Source of the DNA: Squalus acanthias
Lineage: Eukaryota
Assembly (NCBI GenBank): GCA_030390025.1
Contig: CM059431.1
Coordinates: 153,762,001 to 153,826,000 of the forward strand
Direction of reading: 5' to 3'
Length of the DNA stretch: 64,000 nt
A program made the position numbers and the translations under genes. The stretch's first letter is position 1. Every line of letters begins with the position of its first letter. The notes beneath the pieces were generated by a model, which was not told where the DNA came from, made no database searches, and worked only from the letters and a program-made list of their open reading frames with translations. Shown one piece after another: positions 1-14,382 of the stretch.

Positions 1-260
1 TGGTTGTTTCTACTTAATTCTCATTGCAGGCACGCCTCCTGTCTGACTGATGGCGTTACTTCCTTTTATTCGCTTATGGGATCTGGGCGTCGCTGGCAAG
101 GATAGCATTTATTGCTCATCCCTTAATTCTTTACTGAATTAACTCCCGATTCTGAGCGTTTCATCTCTCTCCGAAGGAAAGCTAGAAATAGAAAAGACGT
201 GTCTTATCCGAGTTTGTACATTACTTCTCTATATATGATTGCAATATACATTCTTGTTAG

Positions 261-459
261 GAAATCAGATCCCGAGTTGAATGTCACCGCAGAAGCGATG
301 CTTCCCAACTCATGTAAGGTACCGTGCTGGAAAAGGGAGCTCGGGGAGAAAGAACAATGTGGAACATATTGCTTCAACTGCAGAACACCAAACCCAAGCT
401 GAAAATGACATTGTCAGAGATACAGAACAGATGTGCAGATGGAAAAAGTGAGCTAGGAG
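261..459 (+). pseudogene. CARD-like exon B copy 1 (C-terminal half of module) with in-frame TAA
   Basis: ttgttag|GAA...GGAG|gttag, 199 nt; EIRSRVECHRRSDASQLM*GTVLEKGARGERTMWNILLQLQNTKPKL; TAA at 315-317. Confidence 0.8.
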
Positions 460-1525
460 GTTAGTAGTATCCAAATCTAATTCTCCGTTAGAAAAACAAA
501 GTTTTATTTAAGATGTGCACTATTTTTTACTCGTTTATGTGATGTGGGCGTCGCTACCAAGGCCAGCATTTATTAACAATCCCTAGTTGTCCTTGAGAAG
601 GTGGAGGCTTGCCGCTTTGCTGAAACGCTGCAGTCCATGTGTTGAAGGTTCTCCCACAATGCTGTTGGGGAGGCAGTGCCATGAGTTTGACAAATGTCAA
701 TGAAGGAACGGCTGTATACTTCCAAGAGAGGATGGTGTGTGTCTTGAAAGGGAACTTGGAAGTGTTGGTGTTCCCAGGCGCCTGATACTCTTGCCCTTCT
801 CCTTGGTAGAGGCCGCGGGTTTCGGAGGTACTGGCGAAGAAGCCTTGACGAGTTCCCGCAGTGCATTTTGTAGATGGTCCACTCTGCAGCCACTGGGTGG
901 CAGTGGGGAAGGGTCTGGATGCTACTAATTTATAAAGGCTTGTGTGAGTTTTATACTCGATTCCTTGAACGAACTTATAAATTTCGGCTTGGACAGAGCT
1001 CCACTACTCCTATGCAAATTCACCTTTTGTTCCTCGGATCCGTAATGCCCTCATTAACTGAACTACTTTGATTCCTTAAACCACATTGATCATTTGTGAA
1101 AGGCTCCTACTCATCCTCAAATCTCTCGCCTACCTTTTCTCTGAAGTCGTCTTCACATCCCCTCATTTGCACTCCAGTCCCTCCTCTCCCTTGCTGTGCT
1201 CTCCATTGTACCAGTTCATCAGCTCCGAACTCCAGACATACAACTCATCCCCACCGAATGGAACTCAGCTCATATGAGCTTCCATCTCTGTACTTCTTGC
1301 TTATTTAAACAACGACCACACGTAGCCAGGCCTGGGTTGTTTCTCTTAACTCCAGCAGAACATTCAGCGTTAATACTGAATACAACCACCTCTGCAAGGA
1401 AACACTAACAGTGTTCACTGCTTGAAAGACTCTCGAAAGAACTTCTGTCGCGATAGCCGTTAGTTCAGAGTATTCACTTGTTCCATAACATTTCTGTTAA
1501 TCTGTTCTCATTTACACCTTCACTG

Positions 1526-1695
1526 AAAATGCAGATACTGAAATATTACAAACATTGGCGAGCTACACGGATTTCCAGCTGCGCAGAGTTATCGATTGCC
1601 ACCGTCAGAGACTAGAACAGTCAATGGAAGAGGTAGTGGAGGCCGTTAGTCAGTCGCTTGTAGATGCAAACATGCTTACTGAAACAAAACTTAAG
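1526..1695 (+). CDS. CARD-like exon A copy 1 (N-terminal half); canonical acceptor mutated
   Basis: 170 nt, open: NADTEILQTLASYTDFQLRRVIDCHRQRLEQSMEEVVEAVSQSLVDANMLTETKLK|gtatgt; acceptor reads cactg instead of cacag. Confidence 0.7.
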
Positions 1696-1779
1696 GTATG
1701 TTTCATTTATGTTAGAATCGTATAGTTATAAATGAGTCAAACGATTGACTGTTTATACTCATAGAATCAGAGAGTCATC

Positions 1780-2543
1780 GCCCAGATATTGGAGTTCAAT
1801 GATTGCCGCGGGGGTAACGATCCGCCGCGATATCGCACTCCGCGCCTACCTTTATGGTTTTGGCCCACACGAACTTCAGTTCCTGGGCCTCTCCCTGGTG
1901 CCGGCACGCAGTGTGTGCGTGTCCCAGAGGCACAGTTAATTCGATATGACCTCTGGGATCACGTGGACCAGTTAGAGCCAATGGCAGCACACCATCTTTC
2001 ATTCATCGTTTTGACAGCAAGAGCTGTCAAAACTATGAACACAACAAGACCGCAAAAGAACAGCTAAACCTCAATTAATTTTTTTAAAAAGCCATCACAT
2101 TAATAAAATAACTATAGTAAAATAAATTAACCACTTTAAACAAAAATTTTAATGTTTGAAAAAGTTTTAAATTCTTTTTAAAAGTTATAAAAATAAACTT
2201 ACCTTCTTTACAGTCTCTAAAAAAGATAAACGTGTTGAAAAAAATTTAAAATTATACTTAATTAACTACTTACCTTGTTAAAAGGGGGTCTTACGCCTGC
2301 TTTCTTTATGTGTAAAATCTTCAACACTTACCTGCACTTTCAAACCTGAAAAAAAAACTAAGTGCGCTGCATGCGCACAACCTGTAGCGCGCACCCGGTT
2401 CACTTAGGAACCGCCCCCTTCGCAATACCCGAAGTGCCGGTTTCCCGCGCATGCGCAGTGCATGCAGGAAACCGGCACTTCGGGACCAAATACGCGAGAG
2501 TACACAGCTCGATCTCTTCCGCATTAGGTCTAATTTTCGGGCC
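1780..2543. mobile_element. TIR MITE (PIF/Harbinger-like, non-autonomous) inserted in the CR1 3' tail
   Basis: Termini GCCCAGATATT...AATTTTCGGGCC; AT-rich core; homologous to 21931-22693 and 45598-46357. Confidence 0.7.
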
Positions 2544-5500
2544 ATTGAGTTGACAACACAGAAAGAGGCCCTTCGGCCCATCGTGTCCGGCGCCGACCAT
2601 CAAGTCCTGTCTATTCTGATCCCATTTTCCAGCACTTGGTCCGTATCCTTGTATGCTATGGCGTTTCAAGTGCTCATCTAAATGCTTCTTGAATTTTGTG
2701 AAGGTTCCTGCCTCTACCACCCTTTCGTGAAGTGAGTTCCAGATTCCAACAACCCTCTGGGTGAAAAAGTTTTTCCTCAAATCCCCTCTAAACCTCGTGC
2801 CCCTTTCCTTGAAACTGTGCCCCCTTGTTATTGAACCCTCGACTAAGGGAAAACGTTCATTTCTATCTACCGTATCTGTGTCCCTCATAATTTTGTACAC
2901 CTCAATCAGGTCCCCCATCAGACATCTCTGCTCTAAGGAAAACAACCACAGCCTGTCCAGTCTCTCTTCTTAGCTGTAGCGCTGCTACGCAGGTAATATC
3001 CTGGTGAATCTCCTCTGCACCCTCTCCAATGCAATCACATCCTTCCTATAGTGTGGCGACCAGAACTGCACACAGCATTCCAGCTGTGGCCTAACTAGCG
3101 CTTTGTAAAGCTCCATCATAACCTCCCTGCTCTTATATTTTATGCCTCGGCTAATGAAGGCAAGTATCCCATATTTCTTCTTAACCAGCTTATCTACCTG
3201 TCCTGCTGCATTCAGGGATATATATGCATGCACACGAAGTTCCCTCAGATCTTTTGTCATTCCTAAGGTCCTACCATTCATTGTCTATTCCATTCCCTTG
3301 TTAGTCCTCCTAAAATGCATCCCCTCACACTTTTCAGGGTTAAATTCCAATTGCCACTGTTCTGCCCATCTGAACAACCCGTCTGTAACGTCCTGTAGCC
3401 TAAGGCTTCCCTCCTCCCTATTTACCACGCCACCAATTTTCGTGTCATCTGCGAACTTACTGATCATACCTCCTACATTCATATCTAAATCATTAATGTA
3501 CACTACAAACAGCAAAGTACCCAGCACCGATCACTGCGGTACACCACTGGGCACAGGCTTCCAGTCGCAAAAACAACCTTCGACCACCACCCTCTGCCTC
3601 CTGCCACGAAGCCAATTTTGGATCCAATGTGCCAAGTTGCCCTGGATCCCATGGGCTCTTACCTTCTTGATCAGGCTCCCATGCGGGACTGTTTCAAAGC
3701 CTTGCTGATGTGCATGTAGCCACATCAACTGCACTACCCTCATCCACACACATACTCACTCCCTCGAAAAATTAAATCAAATTGATCAGACATCATCTCC
3801 CCCTGAAAAAGCCATGCTGACTATCCTTGATTTATCCTTGCCTCTTCAAGTGGAGAGTAATACTGTCCTCAGAAGTTTTTCGAATAATTTCCCTACAAAT
3901 GATGTTAGGCTCACTGTCCTATAATTACCTGGTTAATCCCTACTACCCTTCTTGAATAATGGTACTATGTTAGCTGTTCTCGAGTCCTCTGGCACCTCAC
4001 CTGTGGCCATGAGGTTCTGAAAATTTATGTCATAGCCCCTGCAATCTCCTCCCTTCCCTCACACAGCAGCCTGTGATACATCTCGTCTGGGCCTGGGGAT
4101 TTATCCACTTTTAAGCCCGCTAAAACCGATAGTACCTCCTCCCTCTTAATACTAATTTGATAAGTATATCACAATCCCCCTGTCTGATTAATATGACTAC
4201 ATCTTCCTTCTCCATAGTGAACACAGATGCAAAATATTCATTTAAAACCCCACCTACATCTTCTGGCTCGACACACGGATTGCCACTTTGGTCCCTAATG
4301 GGCCCTACTCTTTCCCTGGTTATCCTCTTGACCTTAATATACATATATAACACCTTAGGATTGTCCTTTTTTCATTGTTAATTCATGCCCCCTCTTCACT
4401 CTCCTAATTTATTTTTTTCATTAACCCCCTGCACTTTCTATACTCCTCTAGGGCTTCCACTGTTATTAGTCCTTTGTTTCTTCCAAAATACTCCCTTTTT
4501 TCCGACTCCATTCTCGTATATCCCTTGACATCCACAGTTCCCACATTGGCTTGTTGGTCCCACCCTTGACATTTACGGGAACATGTTGCCGTTGTACTCT
4601 CTCGATTTCCTTTCTGAAAGAATCCCACTGCTCTGATGTGGATTAACCTACAAGTAGCTGATCCCAGTCCACTTTGGCCAGATCCTGCTTTATCATATTA
4701 AAATCGTCCTTCCCCCAATTTAGAACAGTTATTTCCACTTATCTTTTCCTTTTCCATGACGACCTTACATCTCACTGAATTATGGACACTGTCCCCAAAA
4801 TGCTCTCCTACTAACACTTCCACCACTTACACGGCTACATTCCCTAAACTTAGGTCCAGTACCGCCCCCTCTCTTGTAGGACTTTCTACATGCTTGCACA
4901 AAAAGCTCTCATGGAAGCCCTTTAAGAATTTCGCACCCTCTAAGCCTTTCGCACTCTCACTATCCCAGTTTATATTGGGGAATTTGAAATCTCCTACTAT
5001 TTTTACCTATTATTTCTACACTTCTCTGAGATTTGCCCAAATATCTATTCCTCTATCTCTCCTGACTGTTTGGGGGACTATGGTACACTCCCAGCAAAGT
5101 GCTTGCCCCTTTTTGTTTTTAAGTTCTACGATACGGCCTCATTAGAGGAACCTGCTAAGATATCATTCCTCCTTAAAGCAGTAATTGACTCCTTGATTAA
5201 TATTGCGACACCCCCTCCTCTTTTACACCCCCCTCTGTCTCGCCTGAAGATTCTATGGCCCGGAATATTGAGCTGCCAGTCCTGCCCCTCCCTCAACCAT
5301 GTCTCTGTGATAGCAACAATATCATACTCCCATGTGTTCATCAACCTGACTCGCAAGACTACTTGCATTTAAATAAATGCCATCTAGCCTTGCCATAATC
5401 AATTTTGCCTTTACATATTTGCTCTGCCTATCAGGCTTACTTGCTTTTTCCTCTATAGTTGGCTGTGCAACACCCCCTACTATCCTTCCACTCCGTATCC

Positions 5501-6452
5501 CATCCTTATGCCAAGTTAGTTTAAACCCCCCGCAACAGTATTGGAAATCTCCCCGCAATGATGTTGTTCCCGTTTCGGTTCAGGTGCAACCCGTCCGACT
5601 TGTACAGGTCACACCTTCCCCAGAAGCAGACCCAGTGATCCAGGAAACTAAAGCGCTCCGTCGTGCACCAACCCTTTAGCCACGCATTCATCTGCTCTAT
5701 CCTCCCATTCCTATACTCACCAGCACGTGGCACCGGGAGTAATCCAGAGATTACTTCCTTTGATGTCCTGCTTTTTAAATCTGCTACCTAGCTCCCTAAA
5801 TTCTTTTTGCAGAACCTCATCCCTCTTTCTACCCATGTCGTTGGTACCAATGTGAACCAGGACCTCTGACAGTTCGCCTTCCCCCATCAGAATGCCCTGC
5901 AGCCGTTCAGTGACATTCTTGACCCTGGTAACAGGGAGGCAACATATCATCCTGGAGTCACGTCTGTGGCCAGAGTAACGTCTATCTGTTCCCCTTATGA
6001 TAGAATCCCCTATCACGATTGCTCTCCCACTCTTTTTCCTCCCCTCCTGTGCAGCTGAGCCACTCGTAGTGCCACGGACTTGGCTCTTGCTGCATTCTCC
6101 TGAAAAACCATCTCCCCCATCAGTATCCAAAACGGAACATCTGTCGGACAGGGAGATGAACCCAGGGGACTTCTGCACTACCTTCCTAGTTATTTTACTC
6201 TGACTGATGGTCACCCATTCCCTACCTGCCTGTGCACACTTTACCTGTTGTGTGACCACCTTGTTAAACGTGCTATCCTCGAAGCTCTCAGCTTCGCGGA
6301 TTCTGCACAGTGACTCCAGCCGCAGCTCCAGCTCCGAAATGCGGATTTCGAGAAGCTGCAGCTGGAGACACTTCATGCACATGTGCCCGCCCTGGACACC
6401 TAAAGTGTTCCTGACTTCCAACATAGCACAGGAGGAGAACTCCACGCCTTTT
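2544..6452 (-). mobile_element. Near-full-length degenerate CR1 LINE (ORF1 esterase-type plus ORF2 APE/RT)
   Basis: Fragments ISKFADDTKIGG, LVRPQLECCVQFWSPHY, IVAITETWL and ORF1 AIVIGDSIIRG/HIGTND; many stops and frameshifts. Confidence 0.93.
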
Positions 6453-9400
6453 ATTCAGAGATTATTCTGTGCAATCCAACGATATAAGCAGTACATTACG
6501 CTGTACTGTTTTAACTTCAGTTGAAAATCTGAAATTAATGTCCTGTCTCAGTGATTTGAAATACTCTTCAGTGATATCTCTGTTAAATTAATTTTTCATG
6601 AATTGTCAATGCATGCATTCCTAATAAGAGAACAGTACCTCACGGACGAACCGTGATTTTTAATAGCTGCCTTCTGTGCCCAAGTATCGTCAGCTGCTTC
6701 ATCAATGACCTTCCTTCAAAAGGTCAGAGTTGGGGCTATTCGCTAATAATTGCACAATGTTTAGTTCCGTTCGCAATTCCTCAGAAAATTAAGCAGTCCA
6801 TGCCCACACGCAGCATGACCCGGACAACATCCAGGTTTGGGGCGATAAGTGAGAGGTAATATTTATGACACGTAAGTTTCAGGTGCTGGCTACATGCAAC
6901 TAGAGAAAGTCTAACCCATTACCATTGACATTCAATGGCTTTACCTTAGGCGTTCTACCATCATGAGTGTCCCGGTGATCATCAGTAAAATCAGCTCTGA
7001 GAATGTTATGCCAAACCTCTTGCAGTTAACGTTATTCCAGTAGCCAAGCCACTCGAAATAAGTAATTGAATAAGACAAAACATGCAGTGCAAGCAACACA
7101 CATCATCATTACAGTCCAATGGACAACCAGGTGCTAAGTCAAAACTGTTATAATCACATTATTCAAATCTAATGTGAATAACTGACACATACCAACTTAA
7201 CAGTATGACATTTCCTACGATCACGGCTGAGATACTCTACACATTATCCATCAAAACGGCCGAGCCTTTCGAATTGGATTGAGCCATTGCCGGTTGCACG
7301 GACTGAACAATTTCTACAATAACATATCCAATTTGTTTCTTCCATTCTACTTCTTGGTAAGTCCCACATCTACCTCGGCCCAAAACTTAGGGACGTCATC
7401 ACTCCGAGCATCTCCCGAGGCCACATCCTCTCACTTCAGTAATGCCATAATTTCGCATTTCATAAAAAACCCTAGTCTAATCGATGATGTTTATCTGCTC
7501 CCTTTCTCCAATAACTCCTCACTTATGTAACACAAATGTAAAGAGACATAATACTGTGAATAAAGCTGGGAGGTTCAAGGTACAGTTTGTCTGAGGGTAT
7601 GATATAATGATTTGATCGATGTGGCTTATATAAGTGCAGGATTGGGAGATGAATTGTGCCCTGTTACCTGAAGATCATGGTAACTTAATTTGTATGCAAA
7701 TAGGGAGCATTCATTAATAACAGTTTCAGTTGCAGAATTGGAACTTCAGGAATGATATAAGGAATTATTCAAAATAGAAATCTCAAAGTTTGGGGTAACA
7801 CCATCATAACATAACTCTTTTTTATAAAGCGTTCGTTGTCTTACACAAACTAATGGAAAAGTGATGGAAGATAAGTTATATAGACAAATTGGAGATAATG
7901 CAACAATGACAGTAACAGTGATTGGTGACTGTAAATATTCAAAGTACAGAAGTAATCTAATTGATTTAGGGAGGCCTTGGTGTCTAAAGGTTGTCCAGGA
8001 CATTATTCAGCTGGCTACAATTTTGGACGACAAGAAAGGATTGAGCATTTCATAAATTTCTAGAAATGGGCAGGGACTAGTCGGTGAGGTAAAGGCAGTG
8101 AAACATCTACCAATGTTATCGTTTATATGTTCATATGTTAGTATTCATATGAATTATAAAATGTTTCGTTACAATCAAAACAATAATTATGTTAAAGGAA
8201 TAAATCTAATGTCAACGAGGTTGACATATTAGCTCAGATACATTGAGGCGGATATTATCAAATAATATCGTGGGTAGGAAATAAGAAGATAGACAATGTA
8301 GGATTCCCATACAAGATACACAAATCACACGGGGAATGAAAGCAGTGCAGGACAGTCAAGAATTACTTGAGCTTGCAGAGATAATGAAATAAACAATAGA
8401 TTTAAAATTGAATGTAGGAGTGTTGGGCTGGTTATATAAAACAAATGAAGGAAACCTTGGTAATATAGTGAACATTTAATCGATGAATCAGTGTCCGGTG
8501 ACAGAGTTCGAGACAATGATCATATTCCAAAGACACTTCAAGGAAAAAAGTTAAACAAAGAAAAGTGCTGTGTAGAGATGAAATGGGAATGGTTCATATA
8601 GAGGACGTAGGATTCACTGAAAAGCTATTGGTACTGTTTCGATGAATTAACGTGATACTTGGAATGAATGAAAAACTCATTGAAGTCAATGGAAATGAAA
8701 GTCAGATGAGAGTAAAACTGGGCTGCAAATTCGCTTCAGCGCATTTGACCCAATTGGCCAACACCGGCCAACACTTGGGACGCATTTTTATGGGTGTCAA
8801 CTTGTGCAATCTGAGTTTCTAAAAAATTAACTGTGAGCTTTCAGAAATATTAAGTTGCTCCACTACCAATAATTACTGGTTTTGATCATATCCTATATCT
8901 GTAACGGTAGCTTTGTGCTTTGATTTTCGACTTTACCCTTTTCCATCAATCGGTTCCTGGTTATAATGAGAGAAAGATCAGTTTCCCTGGGTGTCTCAAA
9001 GCTGCTCCTTTCTATCTCAGTTACCTCTTCCAATCCTACAACCTGTCAAGATTCAGACGCTGGTCTAATTCTTACCTCTTGTGCATTCCCCTTTTTCCAT
9101 CGCTCCACCATTGACGGACTTGCCTTAAGCGGTTTAGACCCTAAGATCTTCAATTCCCTCCCCAAACCACTATGAATCTCTAATCTCTCTTCTCTTAGAC
9201 TCTCTTTAAATCTACTCTCTGACCAAGCTTTGGTCACCTGTCCTAATATCTTCCTCTGATGCTTGATGTTACATTTTGTTTGATAACACTCCCTTTGCAA
9301 CGCTTTGGGACGTTTTACTACGCTAGTTGTTGTTGCTTCTAATTAATTATCATTGCGGGCGCTCCTCCTGCCTGACAAATGGCATATCTTCCTTTTATTC

Positions 9401-9589
9401 GCTTATGGGATCTGGGCTTCGCTGGCAAGGACAGCATTTATTGACCGTCCCTTAATTGTTTTCTGCATTAACTCCCGATTCTGAGCATTTATTCTCTCTC
9501 CTAAGGAAAGCTAGAAATCGAAAAGACGTTTCCTTTCCGAGTTTGTACATTACTTCTCTGTATATGATTGCAATATACATTCTTGTTAG

Positions 9590-9788
9590 GAAATCAGAAC
9601 ACTAGCTGAATGTCACCGCAGAAGCGATGCATCCCAACTTATTTTCGACACCGTGCTGGAAAAGGGAGCTCGGGGAAAAAGAACAATGTGGAACATATTA
9701 CTTCAACTGCAGAACACCAAACCCAAGCTGAAAATGACATTGTCAGAGATGCAGAATAGAAATACAGAAGGAGAAAGTGATCTAGAAG
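9590..9788 (+). CDS. CARD-like exon B copy 2
   Basis: ag|GAA...GAAG|gt; open: EIRTLAECHRRSDASQLIFDTVLEKGARGKRTMWNILLQLQNTKPKLKMTLSEMQNRNTEGESDLE. Confidence 0.8.
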
Positions 9789-10847
9789 GTTAGTGGTATC
9801 CAAATCTATATTTCCGTTAGAATAACAAAGTTTCATTTGAGGTGAGAATTTTATTTTATTCTTTTAAGGGATGTGGGCGTCACTGGCAAGGCCAGCATAT
9901 ATTGCACATCCCTAGTTGCACTTTCGAAACTGTTGGGTATCCGCTTTCTGAAACGCTGCAGTCGATGACTTGAAGTTACTCCCACAATACTGTTGGGGAA
10001 GGAGTGCCATGAGTTTGACACAGCGACAATGAAGGAAAGGCGATATTCTTTAAAGTTAGGATGGTGTGTGAGTCGGAGGGGAAAATGGATGTAGTGGTGT
10101 TCCCAGGCGCCTGCTGCTCTTGTCCTTCTAGGCGGTAGATCTCGTGGATTTGGGAAGTGCCGTCGAAGAAGCGTTAATGAGTATCCGCAGTGCATCTTGT
10201 AGATGGAACACTCTGCAGCCACGGTGTGGCAGTGGGGAAGGGACTGAATGCAACAAATTGATTCATGCTTGTATGAGTTTTATACTCGATTTCTCAAATG
10301 AACTGCCCGTTATAAATTGCAGCTTGGACAGCGACCTCTACTCCTATTCAAATTCATCCTCAATTCCACGTTTCCGTGATGCCCAAAATAACTGACCTAC
10401 TATGATTTCTTATCCCATATTGATCAATTGTGAAAGGCTGCTGCTCATCCTAAAAGCCCTCCCCCACTTTATCTCTAAAGTCGTCTTCACATCGCCTCTT
10501 TTACAATCCTGTCCGTCGTCTCCCCTTGCTGTGATCTCCAGTGTACCAGTTCATCTGCTCCGGACTCCAGACATAGAATTCATTCACACCGACTGGAACT
10601 CAGTTCCTATTAGCTTCCATCTCTGTACGTCTTACTAATGTTAAGCATCGACCACATGTTGCAAGGCCTGGTTCGTTTTCTTAACTCCAGCAAAGCAATT
10701 CTGCGTTAATTCTGAATTCCACCTCTGTAAGGCTCCACTGGCAGTGTCACCGCTAAACAACTGCTGTCGCGATAGCAGTTAGTTCAGAGTATTCACTGTT
10801 TCATAGCGGAAATTTATGTTAATCTGTTCTCATTTACACCTTCAAAG

Positions 10848-11017
10848 AAAATGCAGTTACTGAACTATCACTAACGTTGGCGAGCTACACGGATTTCCAG
10901 CTGCGCAGAGTTATCGTTTGCTACCGGCAGAGACTGGAACAGTCAATTGAAGAATTCGTGGAGGCCGTCAGTCAGTCGCTTGTAGATGCAAACGTATTTA
11001 CTGAAACAGATCATAAG
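10848..11017 (+). CDS. CARD-like exon A copy 2
   Basis: caaag|AAAATGCA...AAG|gtatgt; open: NAVTELSLTLASYTDFQLRRVIVCYRQRLEQSIEEFVEAVSQSLVDANVFTETDHK. Confidence 0.8.
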
Positions 11018-14000
11018 GTATGTTTCATATATGTTCCACTCGTATGGTGTTAAATGAGTCAAACGATTGACTGTTTAGACAGACTGTGTTCTGTACAACC
11101 CAACTGTATTAGCGATACTTTACGCTGCACTTTATTTACTGAAATTATTGTCCAGTGCCAGTGTAATCAACATTTAATGTACTCTTCTGAGGTATCTCTC
11201 TGAAAAATTATTTTTTCAGGAATTTTCAATGAATGTATTCATAATAAGATAAGTTTCTCCTGGACTAACAGTGATTTTTTAATGGCAGCATTCTTGGCAC
11301 AATTATTGCCAGCTTCAATAATCTTCCTTCAAAAGCTCAGAGTTGGGGCAGTTCCCTGATGATTGTACGATGTTTTGTTCCATTCGCAAATCCTCAGAAA
11401 ATGAAGCAGTCGATTCCCACACGCAGCATGACCTAGACAACATCCATGTTTAGGCCGATAAGGGGCAGGTAACATTTATGCCGCGTAGTACCAGGTACTG
11501 ACTACCAACAGATAGAGAAAGTCTAACACATTGCCGTTGACATTCAATAGCTTTACTATTGGAGTTCTACGACCATGAGTGTCCCGGTGATCACCAGTAA
11601 AACCAGCTGTGAGAATTCACTGCCAAACTTCTTGCAGTTAACGTAATTCCAGGAGCCAAGGCCCTCGAAATGAGTAATTGAATAAGACACAATGCGCAGC
11701 CTAAGCATCACGCATCCTCATTAAAACCCCAAATGGACAACCTGTAGATAGATCAAAACTGTAATAACCTCATACGTCAAATCGCATGAGAATAAGTTAA
11801 CTGACACATACGAACTTAACAGTATGAATTTCCAACCGATCACGTCCGAGATTTTCCGCCCCTTCTCCATCAAAACGGCCGAGAATTTCCAAATGGATTG
11901 AGCCATTGACGGCGGATTTAAACAATTTCTGCTGAACATATCCAATTCGTTTCTCTATTCTGCTTCTTGCTAAGTCCAGCTCCTACTTTGGTACAATGCT
12001 CAGGGACATCAACAAACCCGGCCTCTCCCGAGGCCACATCCTCTCACCTCATGAATGCCAGAATATCCAATTTCTTAAAGAAACCTAGACTAAGTTATGA
12101 TGTTTGTCTGCTCCATTTCTTCAATACCTCCTCACTTATGTAACATAAATGTAATGCAACATAGTAATGTGAATAAAGCTTGTGAGTTCAATGAACACTT
12201 TGTCTGATGGTATGACATAACGATTTGATCACCGTGACTTATATAAAGGCTATATTGGGAAATGAAGTGCCCTGTTACCAGCAGATCATGGTAACTTAAG
12301 TTGTATGCCAAAAAGGGAGCAGTCATTAATAACAGATTAATTTGCCGCATTGGAACTTCAGGACTGATATAAGGAATGATTCAAAATAGAAATCTATAAG
12401 TTTGGGGTAACACAATAATAATGGAACACTTTTCTATAAGGCGTTCGTTGTTGTACACCAAATTGTGGAAAAGGGATAGGCGAAGAGTTATATAGACAAA
12501 TTGGAGAAAATGCAGCAATAACAGTAACGGTGATTGGTGACTTTAAATATCCCAAGAACAGAAGTGACATAAGTGGGGAGGGAGGCCAGGAATCTGAAGC
12601 TTTGCCAGGACATTATTCAGATAGGTGCCATTTTAGGACAACAAGAAAGGATTGAGCATTTGATCCATTTCTAAAAATTGACAGCGGCTACTCAGTGAGG
12701 TAAGTCTAGTGAAACATTCACCAATTATATCGTTATTATCCATATAAATTAGAAAATGTTTCGTTAAAATCAAAACAATAAATATGTTAAAGGAAAATAT
12801 CTAATTTCAACGTGGCTAACATATTAGCTCAGTTATATTGAGGCAGATATGATCAGATAATATCGTGGTGAGGCAATAGAAAGATAGACAATAGAAGTTT
12901 ACCATATAAGGTACACAAATCACACGTGAATGAAAGGAGTGCAGCACAAACGAGAATTGCATGAGCGCGCATAGAAAATGAAATAAAGAACATAATTTAC
13001 AATTGAATGTAGGAGTGTAGGGCTAGTTATATAAAAAAAACGAAGGACGTGTTGGTAATATAGTGAATATATATAATAGATGAATGAGTGCCCGGTGACA
13101 GAGTTCAGATAATGATCACATTCCGTATAAACTTCAAAGAAAATAGTTACAGAAATAGCAGAGCTGCTCAGAGAAGAAAAGGGAATGGTACATATAGATG
13201 ACGAGGGATTAACTGAAAACTATTAGTACTGCTTCGATGAATGAAAGTGATACTTGGAATGAGTGAAAAACTCATTGAAGTCAATGGAAAGAAAGTCAGA
13301 TGCGAGTAAACTGGGCTGTCAATACGCTTCAGCGCGTTTGACCAAATTGACCAACAATGGCCAACAAACTGCGACCCATTTTTATGGTTGTCTTCTTGTG
13401 CAATATGAGTTTTTTTTAAACTATCAGTGAGCTTTGAAAAATATTATGTTGCTTAACTACCAATAGTTATTGGTTTTGATCGTATCCTACATCTGCAAAC
13501 GTAGATTTGTGCTTTGATTTTGCACTTTACCCTTTTCCGTCAATCAACTGCTGGTTATAATGAGAGAAAGATCAGTTGCCGTGGGGGTCTCAAAGCTGCT
13601 CCTTTCTGTCTCTGCAACCTCTTCCAATCCTACAACCTGTCGAGATTCAGGCGCTGGCCCAATTCTTACCTCTTGTGCATTCCCCATTTCCATCGGTCCA
13701 CCATTGATGGCCTTGCATTAAGCGGTTTAGACACTAAGCTCTGGAATTCCCTCCCCAAACCAGAATGAATCTCTAACTCTCTCTTCTCAAAGACTCTTTT
13801 AAATCTACTCTGTGACCAAGCTTTGGTCACCTGTCCTAATATCTTCATCTGATGCTTGGTGTTACATTTTGTTTGATAACACTCCCTTTGCAACGCTTTG
13901 TGACGTTTTACTACGTTAGTTTTGTGTTGTTTCTACTTACTTCTCATTGCAGGCACGCCTCCTGTCTGACTAATGGCGTAACTTCCTTTTATTCGCTTAT

Positions 14001-14183
14001 GGGATCTGGGCCTCGCTGTCAAGGACAGCATTTATTGCTCATCCCTTAATTGTTTTCTGCATTAACTCCCGATTCTGAGCGTTTCATCTCTCTCCGAAGG
14101 AAAGCTAGAAATCGAAAAGACGTTTCTTATCCGAGTTTGTACATTACTTCTCTATATATGATTGCAATATACATTCTTGTTAG

Positions 14184-14382
14184 GAAATCAAATCCCGAGC
14201 TGAATGTCACCGCAGAAGCGATGCATCCCAACTCATTTTCGATACCGTGCTGGAAAAGGGAGCTCGGGAAGAAAGAACAATGTGGAACATCTTGCTTCAA
14301 CTGCAGAACACCAAACCCAAGCTGAAAATGACATTGTCAGAGATACAGAACAGATGTACAGAGGGAGAAAGTGATCTAGGAG
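14184..14382 (+). CDS. CARD-like exon B copy 3
   Basis: Open, canonical ag/gt; overlaps ORF 14247-14534 (LEKGAREERTMWNILLQLQNTKPKL). Confidence 0.8.

Noticed and set aside
199..402. Recurrent ORF MSYPSLYITSLY...CRTPNPS as a small gene
   Set aside because: It is an off-frame reading across the exon B acceptor and is not kept open in all copies; the splice-defined frame explains the conservation
573..1408. Repeated short ORFs (MAAEW..., MIICERLL...) in each monomer
   Set aside because: They lie in decayed intronic retroelement remnants duplicated with the array; lengths and frames vary between copies
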